Shown here: positions 1-10,379 of the stretch, in pieces
How positions within the stretch are numbered: position 1 is the first letter of the stretch
How the letters are laid out: each line of letters opens with the position of its first letter
Source of the DNA: an uncultured Candidatus Saccharibacteria bacterium
GTDB taxonomy: Bacteria; Patescibacteriota; CAZHWT01
DNA length: 64,000 nucleotides
Direction of reading: 5' to 3'
NCBI GenBank assembly: GCA_964554805.1
Contig: CAZKPX010000002.1
Coordinates: 113,889-177,888 of the forward strand
Notes under the pieces: model-generated
Seen by the model: the letters and a program-made list of their open reading frames with translations, nothing else
Databases searched by the model: none
What the model was told of the DNA's origin: nothing
Position numbers and translations under genes: made by a program

Positions 1-10
1 TCTGGTTCCT

Positions 11-301
11 ATGGTATTGAGCGGAGAAAAGTATTCTACGTGGCGATTGTGGGATGATAAGAATATTGAAGTCGGCGATGAATTAAAATTATTGGGTTGG
101 CCTGATTTGGAGGAGTTTGGTGAGGCTAAGGTTGTGAAAATAATCGTTAAGCCATTGGGCCAGCTAACTGAAGAGGATAGGCTGGGTCATGAAGGTTTTG
201 CAAGCGACGAGCAGATGTATGAGACATATACCAACTACTATGGCCGGCCAGTTGATCCCCTGACTACTGTAAAGATTATTTGGTTTGAACTGCTTAAGTA
301 G
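11..301 (+). CDS. ASCH-domain-like small protein (hypothetical); frame is open to the window start, so possibly 5'-truncated
   Basis: 96-aa ORF; G-E-K-x-x-T-W-R resembles the ASCH GxKxxExR motif; no stop upstream within the window. Confidence 0.35.
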   Translation: MVLSGEKYSTWRLWDDKNIEVGDELKLLGWPDLEEFGEAKVVKIIVKPLGQLTEEDRLGHEGFASDEQMYETYTNYYGRPVDPLTTVKIIWFELLK

Positions 302-304
302 ATT

Positions 305-395
305 AACGGCCTAAGTTGGTGAAGATGCCGACGCCTAGTTCGGCCCAGACATACAGGGCTACAAGTAAGAAGCCCAATGCCGATTGCTTATTTAA
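305..395 (-). pseudogene. Duplicated 3'-terminal fragment (about 30 codons) of the adjacent small membrane-protein gene
   Basis: Minus-strand translation LNKQSALGFLLVALYVWAELGVGIFTNLGR* parallels the C-terminus SFLLVALYIWAELAVGIFTHLGS* of ORF 473..751; about 80% nucleotide identity between 305-395 and 478-575. Confidence 0.5.
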
Positions 396-434
396 GATTT
401 AATCCCGCCTAGGCGGCTGGGATTAAATCTTAAA
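392..434. terminator. Near-perfect hairpin (ttaagatttaatccc...gggattaaatcttaa) between convergent genes; likely bidirectional terminator
   Basis: 15-bp inverted-repeat arms read directly; lies downstream of both 11..301(+) and 473..751(-). Confidence 0.5.
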
Positions 435-472
435 TTATGGGTATAGTAGGTTAGGGGTTTACGGTTGTGCTT

Positions 473-751
473 TTAGCTGCCTAGGTGGGTGAAGATGCCG
501 ACGGCTAGTTCGGCCCAGATATATAGAGCAACGAGCAAGAAGCTGATGCCGATAACAATCCTATCAGAAGTAGATCTGGATTTTCTGGTGAATATGACAA
601 ACAGACTGGCCATGGCAAGTATCAAGCCACCCATAATCAGGAAGTCGAATAGTTTCCAATCAACCTCAGAGGTGAATTGCATGGCGATGAGAGGGATAGC
701 TAAGATTGCAACGGTGACGGCAGCTAGCCAGAGGAGGATTTTGTTATCCAT
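473..751 (-). CDS. Small integral membrane protein (hypothetical, 3-4 TM)
   Basis: 92-aa ORF with hydrophobic segments. Confidence 0.45.
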   Translation of the reverse strand: MDNKILLWLAAVTVAILAIPLIAMQFTSEVDWKLFDFLIMGGLILAMASLFVIFTRKSRSTSDRIVIGISFLLVALYIWAELAVGIFTHLGS

Positions 752-801
752 TATGAGATCATTGGTGGTGTTTTGCCTGGTTGGTCTTCTTGCAAATAAG
801 A

Positions 802-1017
802 TTAATTACTTGTATCGTTTTGGTATTCAAGGATATCTCCAGGTTGGCAGTCTAGCGCTTTGCAGATCGCTTCTAGCGTTGAGAAACGAATGGCTTTGGC
901 TTTGCCGTTTTTGAGGATTGATAAATTAGCCATGGTGATGCCAACTCGTTCGGATAGCTCGGTAACGCTCATTTTTCGTTTTGCTAGCATAACATCGATA
1001 TTAATAATAATTGCCAT
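802..1017 (-). CDS. XRE-family HTH transcriptional regulator (YozG-like)
   Basis: 71 aa; MSVTELSERVGITMANLSILKNGKAKAIRFSTLEAICKALDCQPGDIL is a Cro/C1-type HTH signature. Confidence 0.8.
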   Translation of the reverse strand: MAIIINIDVMLAKRKMSVTELSERVGITMANLSILKNGKAKAIRFSTLEAICKALDCQPGDILEYQNDTSN

Positions 1018-1028
1018 GGTAAATCCTT

Positions 1029-1523
1029 TTAAACTGTCAGGTCGTTTTCAGACTTTATATCGGCAGCATTTTGAAGCAACCTCTGTAGCAGAGCAGCTAC
1101 TGAAGCGACTATGAATGAACCACCGATTATGAGCAGGGCAGCCAACAGTACGCCAGGAGCATCGTCTTGGCCTGCCGCATAGAATATGTACGGTAAAGCT
1201 GTCGCAAACAAGCCGCTAATTATCAGGCCGCAGATTTTGGTGTTTTTGAGTCTCAATACCGAATCGGCTGAAAATGTTTGACTTTGGTCAATATTGTTTA
1301 ATAGCTTAAATAACTGAAAAATTGCAATAAAGAATGGGATGGCTGTGACATACAGACCAAATAGTATTGGTCGGTAGTAACCGGTTTGATCTGCCATTAT
1401 GCCGAAAGGTATGACAAATACCAAAATAGACAGAATAGCTAAGCTAAATATGCCGATAATTGATTTTAAAAACAAAGTAGAAGACAGACTCATCAGAGAC
1501 CTCATTGAAGTGTAATAGAACAA
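1029..1523 (-). CDS. DUF2975-like membrane protein, typical partner of YozG-type regulators
   Basis: 164-aa multi-TM ORF directly upstream of and co-oriented with the small XRE regulator. Confidence 0.55.
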   Translation of the reverse strand: MFYYTSMRSLMSLSSTLFLKSIIGIFSLAILSILVFVIPFGIMADQTGYYRPILFGLYVTAIPFFIAIFQLFKLLNNIDQSQTFSADSVLRLKNTKICGLIISGLFATALPYIFYAAGQDDAPGVLLAALLIIGGSFIVASVAALLQRLLQNAADIKSENDLTV

Positions 1524-1576
1524 ATTATATCATAGTGTTTATCGAATAACAATATATAGATATTGTTTAATAAAAA

Positions 1577-1607
1577 ATAACCTCAGCATAACTGTGGTTA
1601 TTTTTTG
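1577..1607. terminator. Hairpin (aataacc...ggttatt) flanked by A/T runs on both sides; bidirectional terminator candidate
   Basis: Inverted repeat followed by tttttt on the plus strand and its equivalent on the minus strand. Confidence 0.4.
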
Positions 1608-2271
1608 ATAATTTGATTTACTTCGTAGAGATCTATTGCTGGTCGAGCATTTTTTCTAGAGCTTTGATAGACTGACGCCAACTTTGCTCCGCTTTAGTTG
1701 ACAGTGCCGCTGGTGATTATGCTATCGCGGTCAGTCAGACTTTGATAGGTGCTAGTAGTATGAATCTTGGCTGGTTGGTCATCAGCGGCGCTAGGCACCA
1801 TTTTTTCTAGTGCGACATGTCTACGCTTAGGCATATCGAGGAATCTAAAGGTCCAAATAATGGGCTGCTTATCGGCCGCTTCGTGGAAGCAGCCTATGAA
1901 TTCATAGGCTGCCCGGTTCGCGACTTCAACTACGTGAAATGGCCGAGGACTTTTGTTGGGAATTGGTTTGGAGCGTGAACTGGTTGTGTATATACGGTGG
2001 GCCTGGCACTTGGGGTGTGGCTGGCGCTGGTTTTTGTCAAAGTTTGTATTCTTGGTGGTACTTGATGTGTTATTTGGATCGGCTGTTGAAGTTAGTAACT
2101 TTGTTGGCTCGATGCTGATTATTTTGGCGATGGCTTTGCTTCAAAAAGCTATAGAAACTGGGCATAGCGTTGGCATAACCTGCCTATATAGCGTGCATGT
2201 TTGGCAGAATATGTGATGGATGATAGACTATAACCGTGCATACATGTTATCACTATTTAGGAGATATATAT

Positions 2272-2688
2272 ATGGCAGAACCTATTGTAATTCAAGCTAC
2301 TGTTCGTGCATCTTTGGATAAAGTATGGAAATATTGGAATAGCGCTGAAGATATCCCCTTCTGGGCATTTGCCTCGGATGATTGGGGTGCTGAGTCCAAA
2401 ACGAATGACATAGTTGTAGGTGGCCGTTTTGTGACTCGGATGTATTCAAAGAATAGTGGCCAAGGTTTTGATTTTAGTGGAGCATATGACGAAGTGGTGC
2501 CAAATCACGTGCTGGCCTATACATTGGATGACGGCCGTAAAGTGAGGGTGGAATTTACCGAAACAGCTGATGGTGTAGAAATTGTTCAAAGTTTTGAGCC
2601 GGAGTCAGAGAATGACCTAGAGTTTCAGCGAGCTGGCTGGCAGGCTTTTTTGGATAATTTTAAGAAGTATGCCGAAATCAAGGGATAG
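2272..2688 (+). CDS. SRPBCC (Aha1/START-like) family protein
   Basis: MAEPIVIQATVRASLDKVWKYW... pattern; aggag RBS precedes the ATG at 2272; the track ORF starts earlier at 2236. Confidence 0.55.
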   Translation: MAEPIVIQATVRASLDKVWKYWNSAEDIPFWAFASDDWGAESKTNDIVVGGRFVTRMYSKNSGQGFDFSGAYDEVVPNHVLAYTLDDGRKVRVEFTETADGVEIVQSFEPESENDLEFQRAGWQAFLDNFKKYAEIKG

Positions 2689-2780
2689 TAAAGTATCCGG
2701 GCGTTTGCACTCCTGTAATTTATGAGTAGATGTTGATGTATCTAGTCGGTTAGTTTAATTATCTAGAGGGTACTTTCTAT

Positions 2781-4394
2781 TTAGGCTTCAGTTGTTGCGA
2801 CCTGTTTGGCAGGTAAGGAGCGAGACAGTATGAACATAACCAGTGCGGCGAAAGCTACTGCCAGCATCGTGATACGGAAAGCATTGGTGCGAGCCGTGTC
2901 GTACATCTGCAAGAGTTGATCGGCATTATCCGGAGTTAGTTCTGTCACAGCGGATCTTATTTGTTGATCGGAAACTACCTCTACGCCCTGCTCTATCTTC
3001 TGTTGGGCGCGTTGAGCAATGTCGGCAGGGATGTCCGTCTGCTGATTAAATTGTTGGGTTAAGCCAAGCGAAAGAGATAGCGTCAAGACAGTTCCCAGGA
3101 TGGCCACACCGACCGAGTTGCCAACCTGTTCGAGGGTGCTGGTTAGGCCAGAAGCTTCGGCTGTCTGATCCTGCCTGACGCTTGAGAGAATTAGGTTGAC
3201 AATCTGAGAGCCTATTAATCCGCTACCCAGACCCAAGATGCCTAAGCCCCAGCTTAGCTCAAAGGCTTTGGTGCTGGTGTTCATGGTCGACACCAAAACT
3301 AGGGCGCCCAATATCATAATGGATGATCCTACTTGAATAATGGTTTTGGGTAGGTACTTCTTGCCCGCTTTTACGCCAATCACAGCTCCTATAATTAGGA
3401 ATATGGACAACGGCAATAAGGCGATACCGGTATTGAAAGCGCTGATACCAAATGACACCTGCATAAATAAGGGAGCGGTGAAGAGGATGCCCGCTAGTAG
3501 TGACACCTGGATGGCTCTAACTTTAAGGCCATTAACGAAATCTCCGATTTTAAATAAAGCTAAGTGAATCAGAGTTGGGCGATTGTTGTGTACATTGCGA
3601 TTTTCAAGTCGTATAAATAGCATTAATAAAATAACTCCTAGGGCCAGCAACCAAACCGTTGGTGATAGGCCCAGGTTGAAGGGTGAGATTTCTACGCCAT
3701 TTATTTCAAACGGTTTCTTGGCAAAAAATAAGCCATAGTCAGAAATTAGTAATATACCGAGAACTAATGACATCATAGCGCTGGCTTGCAGGCCAGTACC
3801 GAGCATATCAATGTTAGTGCGCTGGGTGATGGTTTTGTCGCGAGGAATGAGGCCATGAAAAGCTAGGATGACTACAAGTGCAATAACCTCTAAGCGAAAA
3901 GCCCAGCGCCAGGAAAAGTAGGTGGTTAAAAAGCCGCCAATAATCGGGCCCATGGCAGCGCCGAGTGCATTGACACCGGCCATGGCTCCGTAGGCTTTGA
4001 CCCGGTCATTGCCTCCTAAATTGGCTCGAATAATGGTCTGAACATTTGGCAACATCAGAGCTGCTCCTAAGCCTTGGATGAGGCACCAACCTAGAATAAA
4101 GACGGTCAAGTTATTGCTTAAGGAAGCCAAGAGACTGCCCGAAATATATAACAAGACTCCTGTAATAAATGTTCTTTTCATGCCGATGATGTCGGCCAGT
4201 TTGCCACCAAACAACACAAAGGCGGCCATCATCAAGGCGTTGAGGGCGATAGCGCTCTGAACTCCTGATACGTTTGTGCCCAGATCCTCGACCAAGGCTT
4301 GAATGGACACATTCATAATGGTGTTATCCATCACCACCACGAAAGTGCCTAAGGCCATTATCAAGGTGAAGTAGGTTATTTTCTTCTTGTCCAT
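2781..4394 (-). CDS. MFS transporter, DHA2 (EmrB/QacA-like, 14 TM) drug:H+ antiporter family
   Basis: 537 aa; repeated hydrophobic helices; conserved GxLaDxxGrkr-type and LxxGxGxGxxxP motifs. Confidence 0.85.
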   Translation of the reverse strand: MDKKKITYFTLIMALGTFVVVMDNTIMNVSIQALVEDLGTNVSGVQSAIALNALMMAAFVLFGGKLADIIGMKRTFITGVLLYISGSLLASLSNNLTVFILGWCLIQGLGAALMLPNVQTIIRANLGGNDRVKAYGAMAGVNALGAAMGPIIGGFLTTYFSWRWAFRLEVIALVVILAFHGLIPRDKTITQRTNIDMLGTGLQASAMMSLVLGILLISDYGLFFAKKPFEINGVEISPFNLGLSPTVWLLALGVILLMLFIRLENRNVHNNRPTLIHLALFKIGDFVNGLKVRAIQVSLLAGILFTAPLFMQVSFGISAFNTGIALLPLSIFLIIGAVIGVKAGKKYLPKTIIQVGSSIMILGALVLVSTMNTSTKAFELSWGLGILGLGSGLIGSQIVNLILSSVRQDQTAEASGLTSTLEQVGNSVGVAILGTVLTLSLSLGLTQQFNQQTDIPADIAQRAQQKIEQGVEVVSDQQIRSAVTELTPDNADQLLQMYDTARTNAFRITMLAVAFAALVMFILSRSLPAKQVATTEA

Positions 4395-4497
4395 GCTATG
4401 CTCCTTTATTTATTTGGTGTGCAATTGATTGATTGCGTAAGCTATGCAGACGCGGATGTCCATTTAAATAATAGAGCACAGCCTAGTCAAGATGTTC

Positions 4498-4749
4498 CTA
4501 GATGCCTAGAATTTGTTTCTTCTTGGCGCCGAATTCTTCTTCACTGAGGATTCCTTGGTTTCTTAACTGAGCCAATTCCTGTAACTGCGCGGTCGTGTCG
4601 TCAACTGGTGCCGCCTGAGCTTGCTCTGCTTCGGCTTGCTGATTGTCGTTGGACCATCGGTTTTGTTGTCGTCGGCTAACTCGGTTTGATACCGCAGTGG
4701 CTGTGCCAGCGACTACTGCCGTTTTAGCCATTCCTCTTATAAGTCCCAT
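4498..4749 (-). CDS. SHOCT-domain protein
   Basis: C-terminal LRNQGILSEEEFGAKKKQILGI matches the SHOCT motif; aaggagg RBS. Confidence 0.6.
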   Translation of the reverse strand: MGLIRGMAKTAVVAGTATAVSNRVSRRQQNRWSNDNQQAEAEQAQAAPVDDTTAQLQELAQLRNQGILSEEEFGAKKKQILGI

Positions 4750-4786
4750 ATTATTACCTCCTTGCTATACTAATTAATTAGTGGTT

Positions 4787-5203
4787 CTATGCTTCTAATT
4801 CTGCGGCGGCTTCTGGATGAATTCTGCCTTCAGCTACTAATACACCATTGGCATCAATCAAAGCTTGTTTGAGGGGTTTAGCCCATAACTGCTCAATTAC
4901 GAGCAGTCCGGCTGCTGTATTGTTCTCCAGTAAGTCCGCCATTTCAGCGACATCGTCTTCATCTATTGGTTGGTCGTCGGATTGTGGGTATTTTTGAATA
5001 AATTCAATAGTTGGCCCATCTCCCAGATCCTCTATATCCATGGTTGTGGTTATACCCTGGTCATCTTTAGTGATTACTGTCAGTGCAATTAAGCCAATCA
5101 CCCCCTGGTCGAGAGCATCGCTTAATGTTTGCAGAATGCTGCCGTTAAATTTCTGACCTTCAAAACCGACTATAATGTAGTCTATTGGTCCTCTCATAGT
5201 CAC
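4787..5203 (-). CDS. Hypothetical acidic protein (DUF), co-transcribed with the SHOCT gene
   Basis: 138-aa ORF with strong RBS (aaggagg); no recognisable catalytic motif. Confidence 0.4.
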   Translation of the reverse strand: MTMRGPIDYIIVGFEGQKFNGSILQTLSDALDQGVIGLIALTVITKDDQGITTTMDIEDLGDGPTIEFIQKYPQSDDQPIDEDDVAEMADLLENNTAAGLLVIEQLWAKPLKQALIDANGVLVAEGRIHPEAAAELEA

Positions 5204-5460
5204 CTCCTTTATTTATATATATTGATACAATCATATTGTCATCTCATAGAAATTGTCAAGACTCAGTTTTTTTGCTGCTACTGTGAGGCAAGGCTGACTT
5301 GGCGGTATTGGTTGACTCCCGTGTGTGCGCAAGTTAGCGCTGTGCAAAATATATGAATCATTAATGATTATGGTTCAGACCCAATCAATCCGAATGCTCA
5401 GTATCGGAATCCAGCCCTGTACTGCTTGGCTGTTGAAGTGTTACAGGTTATACTGAATAT

Positions 5461-7074
5461 ATGAAAAATAAATGGTGGCAGGATCGGGTAGTCTATCAAA
5501 TTTACCCAAGAAGCTTTTGCGATTCTAATAATGATGGCGTTGGCGACATAGCAGGCATAATCTCTAAGCTTGATTATCTAAAGAGTTTAGGCGTTGGAGC
5601 AGTGTGGTTGTCTCCTGTTTATAAATCCCCTAATCGAGATTTTGGCTATGATATCTCTGATTATTGTGATGTTAATCCTGAATTCGGTAGCTTGAAGGAT
5701 ATGAAAAAGTTGTTTGCCGAGTCGGCCAAGAGAGATATTAAAGTCATTATGGATTTGGTGGTAAATCATACTTCTGATCAGCATCCTTGGTTTCAGTCAG
5801 CTCTTAAAGATCCCACATCTCCCTATCGAGATTATTATATTTGGCAACCACCTAAAGTTGGTGATGGCGACTATGCGCTGCCTAACAACTGGTCGTCTGT
5901 TTTTACCGGTCCAGCTTGGACTCTGGATGAGGCATCGGATGAGTTTTATCTACATCTGTTTACAAAGCATCAACCTGATTTGAATTTTGACAATCCTAAG
6001 GTGGTCGAAGAAGTAAAGAATATTATGAAGTTTTGGCTGGACATGGGGGCCGCTGGGTTCCGGTGTGATGTTATTAATTTAATTCACAAGCAATCATTTG
6101 AAAACGGCCGAAGACGGATATTGTCGACTGGTAGCGAGCATTATGTATCGGCTCCCGGCAGCCATGCGTTGCTCAGACAGTTTAATAGCGAGGTCTGGCA
6201 GCCATATGGTGCTTTTACGGTGGGCGAGGCTCATCAGGCAACTATCGAAGATATTAAGTCTTTTACTAAGGGTGATGAGCTGACCACGGCATTTTCATTT
6301 GAGCATATGATCCCGAAAGTGGGTTATCAGGCGGATAAGGTAAAGCGTCAATTGATTCGACAGCAAACTCAACTAGATTGGCCGACGGTATTTTTTGAGA
6401 ACCATGATGGCTTGCGATCGGTGTCTCGGTTTGGCAATGACTCAAAGTTTCATTATGAGTCAGCCACCATGATTGCCACTTTAAATCTGACTCTGCGGGG
6501 AACAGCCTTTATCTACCAAGGACAAGAAATAGCCATGACAAATGCGCCCTTTCGCAATATTGGGCAAATTCAAGACATAATTACGCTATCGATCTATAAA
6601 ATTATGTTACGATATGGTATTCCCAGTCGGCTAGCATTTAAGTTGGTTATGTTCGTATGTCGCGATCATTCTCGGACACCGGTTCAGTGGACTGATGAGG
6701 CCAATGGTGGTTTTAGTCAATGCGAGCCATGGTTAATGGCAAATCCCAACTATCCTTTGATTAACGTGGCTCAGCAGATGACTGATCCTCAATCGGTGTG
6801 GCATTTCTATCAACATTTGCTGGCTGTTCGTCAACAGACTGCAGCTTGGCGCACCGGCTCAATCAATTTTTTGCCCTCACCTAAAGGAGTGATGATATAC
6901 GATCGACAGGAGAAATCTAATCATTATCGAATAGTGGTTAACATGGAGGGCAGGGCTAGAAAGCTGGATCTGAGCCTGAAAGGTTTGGTAGTTAGCTCGA
7001 ATTACCAACGCAAGAGTTGCAGTCGAGTAGATCGTCTGCAGCCGTTTGAAGCTCTGGTCGTTGAGTTGGCTTAG
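5461..7074 (+). CDS. Glycoside hydrolase family 13 alpha-glucosidase / oligo-1,6-glucosidase-like
   Basis: VVYQIYPRSFCDSNNDGVGDIAGI...AVWLSPVYKSPNRDFGYDISDY...DLVVNHTSDQHPWF: classic GH13 subfamily motifs. Confidence 0.85.
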   Translation: MKNKWWQDRVVYQIYPRSFCDSNNDGVGDIAGIISKLDYLKSLGVGAVWLSPVYKSPNRDFGYDISDYCDVNPEFGSLKDMKKLFAESAKRDIKVIMDLVVNHTSDQHPWFQSALKDPTSPYRDYYIWQPPKVGDGDYALPNNWSSVFTGPAWTLDEASDEFYLHLFTKHQPDLNFDNPKVVEEVKNIMKFWLDMGAAGFRCDVINLIHKQSFENGRRRILSTGSEHYVSAPGSHALLRQFNSEVWQPYGAFTVGEAHQATIEDIKSFTKGDELTTAFSFEHMIPKVGYQADKVKRQLIRQQTQLDWPTVFFENHDGLRSVSRFGNDSKFHYESATMIATLNLTLRGTAFIYQGQEIAMTNAPFRNIGQIQDIITLSIYKIMLRYGIPSRLAFKLVMFVCRDHSRTPVQWTDEANGGFSQCEPWLMANPNYPLINVAQQMTDPQSVWHFYQHLLAVRQQTAAWRTGSINFLPSPKGVMIYDRQEKSNHYRIVVNMEGRARKLDLSLKGLVVSSNYQRKSCSRVDRLQPFEALVVELA

Positions 7075-7101
7075 CATAGCTTGCCTGGTATACTTGGACA
7101 T

Positions 7102-7314
7102 ATGGCTACTACTTCTCGATCTCTGACCAAAGCAATTACCTATCGCGTTTTGGTGGTTATTGCCAATGCGGTCGTTGTCTACACGTATACTAAGAGCTTC
7201 TCGACTGCTATTGATATTGCCATAGCTATGGCAATTGTAGGCACGTTAATTTACTTTTTCCATGAGCGACTTTGGAGTAGAGTTATGTGGGGCAAACAAC
7301 TAGCAAAACGATAG
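7102..7314 (+). CDS. DUF2061 family membrane protein
   Basis: MATTSRSLTKAITYRVLVVIANAVVVY... resembles DUF2061 (RSLxKAITWRxI); inner Met preferred over the track start at 7081. Confidence 0.55.
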   Translation: MATTSRSLTKAITYRVLVVIANAVVVYTYTKSFSTAIDIAIAMAIVGTLIYFFHERLWSRVMWGKQLAKR

Positions 7315-7324
7315 GGGTAAATCT

Positions 7325-7855
7325 ATGACAAAGCTAATCTTTGAAGCACACTCAACGACATTTGATAATGAGGCCAAAATAAGTTCAGGTTGGAATGATG
7401 TTGACTTGTCGGAGTTGGGTCATCGTCAGTCTGTTGAATTAGGCGAAAGGTACAAGAATGTACTGCCTGATGCAATATATTGTTCGGATTTGCAGCGAAG
7501 TTACAAATCAGCTGCTATAGCTTTTAAAAATACTGGTGTGCCAATATTCATTGACAAACGCTTGCGTGAATGCGATTATGGCGAATTAACTCAAGCACCC
7601 AAGGAGCAGGTAGATGGTCAAAAGTTGCAACGAGTAAATACGCCTTTCCCTGGTGGCGAAAGCTACAATGACACATTAACTAGGATGGAGTCATTCTTGA
7701 AAGATGTAAAAGCAAGGCATGATGGACAAACAGTTGCGGTTATTGGGCATCGGGCAACTCAGTATGGTCTGGAAGTTCACATTCTAGGTAAGGGTGTCGA
7801 AGATGTAGTGACTGCGCATTGGTCGTGGCAACCTGGTTGGGAATACGAGTTTTAA
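7325..7855 (+). CDS. Histidine phosphatase family protein (phosphoglycerate-mutase-like)
   Basis: 176 aa; EAHSTTFDNEAKISSGW...LSELGHRQ matches the RHG-type phosphatase fold signature. Confidence 0.65.
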   Translation: MTKLIFEAHSTTFDNEAKISSGWNDVDLSELGHRQSVELGERYKNVLPDAIYCSDLQRSYKSAAIAFKNTGVPIFIDKRLRECDYGELTQAPKEQVDGQKLQRVNTPFPGGESYNDTLTRMESFLKDVKARHDGQTVAVIGHRATQYGLEVHILGKGVEDVVTAHWSWQPGWEYEF

Positions 7856-8029
7856 AGATAATAAAGTTATTGGCTTTTGGTTGCCATTAAATTAATAATA
7901 AATTCAAACTATGGCTACTATACGGGCGGTCCTTTAGCGGTTGGTATCTTTTATTTTACCAATACTTTCCATATTGAACAAACCATGTACTCAATATCTG
8001 AGATACAGGACTTATTGCGAGAGTGCTAA

Positions 8030-8518
8030 TTAATTTTCCACGGCTTTTTGGACGGTGCGCTTGTAGTCATTTATTACAGGTTTAACCTCTTGGTATTGAT
8101 GGGGAAAGACTAAATATTGATGCAGTTCATCAATTGGCACCCATTTATATTGGCGGACTTCTCCCGGGTCAGCATTAATTGAGTTTTTGTCTCCTGTCAA
8201 TGTGAACATGACATGATCTTTATGTTGTCCGCGGAACATCTTGGTTATAGGCGCTTCTTTATCAATCATGGTTTGAGGGAATTCGTAGGTATTGGCATGG
8301 TTAGAAACACCAATAATCTTTAGATCATCTGGGGTCAATCCTAGCTCTTCGCCGACTTCTCGCAGGGCATTTTCGATAGCTGTTTCATTCGCTTCTCTGC
8401 CTCCTCCGGGAAAGTTCCACTGATTGTCATGGTAGCTTTGATGTTGGATGAGCAAGAGCCGATGATCCTGATCAAAGATGAGAGCGTGCGCTCCGAGACG
8501 ATATGGTTTTTCTGACAT
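8030..8518 (-). CDS. NUDIX hydrolase
   Basis: Nudix box GGGREANETAIENALREVGEELGL. Confidence 0.8.
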   Translation of the reverse strand: MSEKPYRLGAHALIFDQDHRLLLIQHQSYHDNQWNFPGGGREANETAIENALREVGEELGLTPDDLKIIGVSNHANTYEFPQTMIDKEAPITKMFRGQHKDHVMFTLTGDKNSINADPGEVRQYKWVPIDELHQYLVFPHQYQEVKPVINDYKRTVQKAVEN

Positions 8519-8709
8519 GTTGAAACCCTTTCACTTACATACTCTAGCGCAGATAGGTGCTGAATCGCTTTTAAGATAAAACGAGTGTCGTATCGATTAT
8601 TGGACAGCAATTGTACAGCAATTGTACGGCAGAAAGCAATTCTTAAGTGGTTTATTTTGTGTATAAGAACACAGTTCCAGATGTGAGTACGGGCTGTGTT
8701 GGGGATGAC

Positions 8710-9068
8710 TTAGCTTTGCCAGGGAGACATGAGTTGAAAGTAATTACCGTCGGGGTCGGCAAAGGTGGCTATCCACATGGTGGCCATTTCATACGGCTCT
8801 TTGATGACTGTGACACCATCGATGTTTTTAATACGGTCGAATTCTTGTTGAACCTCGGAGGTTTCAAGAGAAAATATCATGCGGGCTGGGTCTTGAGCCT
8901 GTCCGGATGTTTCTGAATGCTCCATAATACCAAAGAAGCAACTGCCTGCCTGCCAGCCGCGGCCTCCTTCATCAACCATATCGGGCTTTTATCAAAAACC
9001 TTATCATAGAAATCCGCCATGATTGGCATTCGCATTGTCCCTACCATTATTGAGTTAAGATTTAACAT
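8710..9068 (-). pseudogene. VOC (glyoxalase/bleomycin-resistance) family gene split by a frameshift
   Basis: Two overlapping minus ORFs (8877..9068 and 8710..8979) together encode one VOC-like protein; frame change near an A5 run around 8990. Confidence 0.5.
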
Positions 9069-9348
9069 ATCCCCTCCTTTTGTTATATTGTGATTGTATA
9101 GTTATTCATGATAATCCGTGTATAATCTAAGGTATCAAAAGTACTGGCTTGATGACTAATTAATTTTTATAAAAATATTCTATCCCGCGAGCCTGCTGAA
9201 CATAACAGGTGGCGATTGATGGCTAGGACGGCCATCACGATGCTGAGAGATGTTTGGGTACGTTTTAAATGAAGAGACGCTTTGTTTTAGTCGACGTAGA
9301 TTGGATGATCGCTGTGCTTTCAAGGGCAGGACAGGTTTTATAGCATAA

Positions 9349-9377
9349 CAAAATAGCCAAGATCCTTGGCTATTTTG
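9349..9377. terminator. Perfect 12-bp-stem hairpin aaaatagccaag-gatc-cttggctatttt followed by T-rich tract
   Basis: Inverted repeat read directly, downstream of minus gene 9390..10127. Confidence 0.5.
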
Positions 9378-9389
9378 TTATGGTTGTAT

Positions 9390-10127
9390 TTATGTTTCTA
9401 CGTGTTCGGCAGACTCAGTTTCTGTGCTGGGCGTAGCTGGGGTTTTATCAACCTGACCACCCTTCGCCCCGGCCATCATGGGCACGATTGTAACATCATA
9501 GCCACCATAGTCTAATTGTTGCGACTCGCTAATCTTTTGGCTAAATGCGTACTGAGCGACAATGCCGGCTATAACCAAACCAACCCAAATTGCTGACCAC
9601 CATATCGACTGTCCGATGATGCTAGGCACGATACTGATGTTATTGCCAAAGAATGCGGCTTGATTTGTTATCAGCATTATACCTGTGATGATGGTAGTCG
9701 CTCCTGCCAGTGAGGTGAAGAATACCACCAAGGCTTTGGCAGCTTTGACAAAAAAGCTGGCAGCAGCTAGGGCTAGGCCGACGGCGATAGCAGTTAAGTT
9801 GACTATTACGCCATCCGGCAAACCAACAGCCAAGAATAAACCAAGTGTAATTGCATAGGTCATAGTTCCGACCAATATAGCCACTGCTAGCTCGTAAAGA
9901 GCGTATGACGCCAAGGCTAAGGCAAAACCTGTGATAATGCCGAATACCCAACCAGTAGTAGTAGCTAAGAAGCCTTGTCCTAGCAGACTGGCAACGATGC
10001 TAGCCGCAAGTCCGAAACCTGCTAGAAATCCCCAAACTGTCAGTAGAACACGATAAAACTGATAGCCAGCTACGGTTAAGGCTGTGCCGAAGAGAGCTAT
10101 TAATATACCGACGATAAAAAACTCCAT
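9390..10127 (-). CDS. Polytopic membrane protein (hypothetical; DUF4203-like)
   Basis: 245 aa, 7-8 hydrophobic helices, hydrophilic Thr/Ser-rich C-terminus. Confidence 0.45.
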   Translation of the reverse strand: MEFFIVGILIALFGTALTVAGYQFYRVLLTVWGFLAGFGLAASIVASLLGQGFLATTTGWVFGIITGFALALASYALYELAVAILVGTMTYAITLGLFLAVGLPDGVIVNLTAIAVGLALAAASFFVKAAKALVVFFTSLAGATTIITGIMLITNQAAFFGNNISIVPSIIGQSIWWSAIWVGLVIAGIVAQYAFSQKISESQQLDYGGYDVTIVPMMAGAKGGQVDKTPATPSTETESAEHVET

Positions 10128-10379
10128 GGTCCCCTCCTTTATATGTTATATTATGTAATCCCCCCTCCTTTTATATAATGTAATAGTTGTTAAATGTTAT
10201 ACCAATGCATACATATTATTAATAGTAAACCAAGCAGACGAATAGTCAACAGGCAGCCATTATTATTTATTAATTATCGAAACATTACAGATTGCAGGTA
10301 GAAACTGAGCGGATAGGATAGCCTGTATTAAAGGCTTGGTTTCTGCGATCTGATGAACTGTCAGTTCAATTTTCAGGAT

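Noticed and set aside
1620-2230. ORF 1953..2216 (+) and possible minus-strand gene in 1620-1950
   Set aside because: The plus ORF has no recognisable features and odd composition. The minus strand is littered with stops. Possibly a fully decayed gene, but not supportable as a feature.
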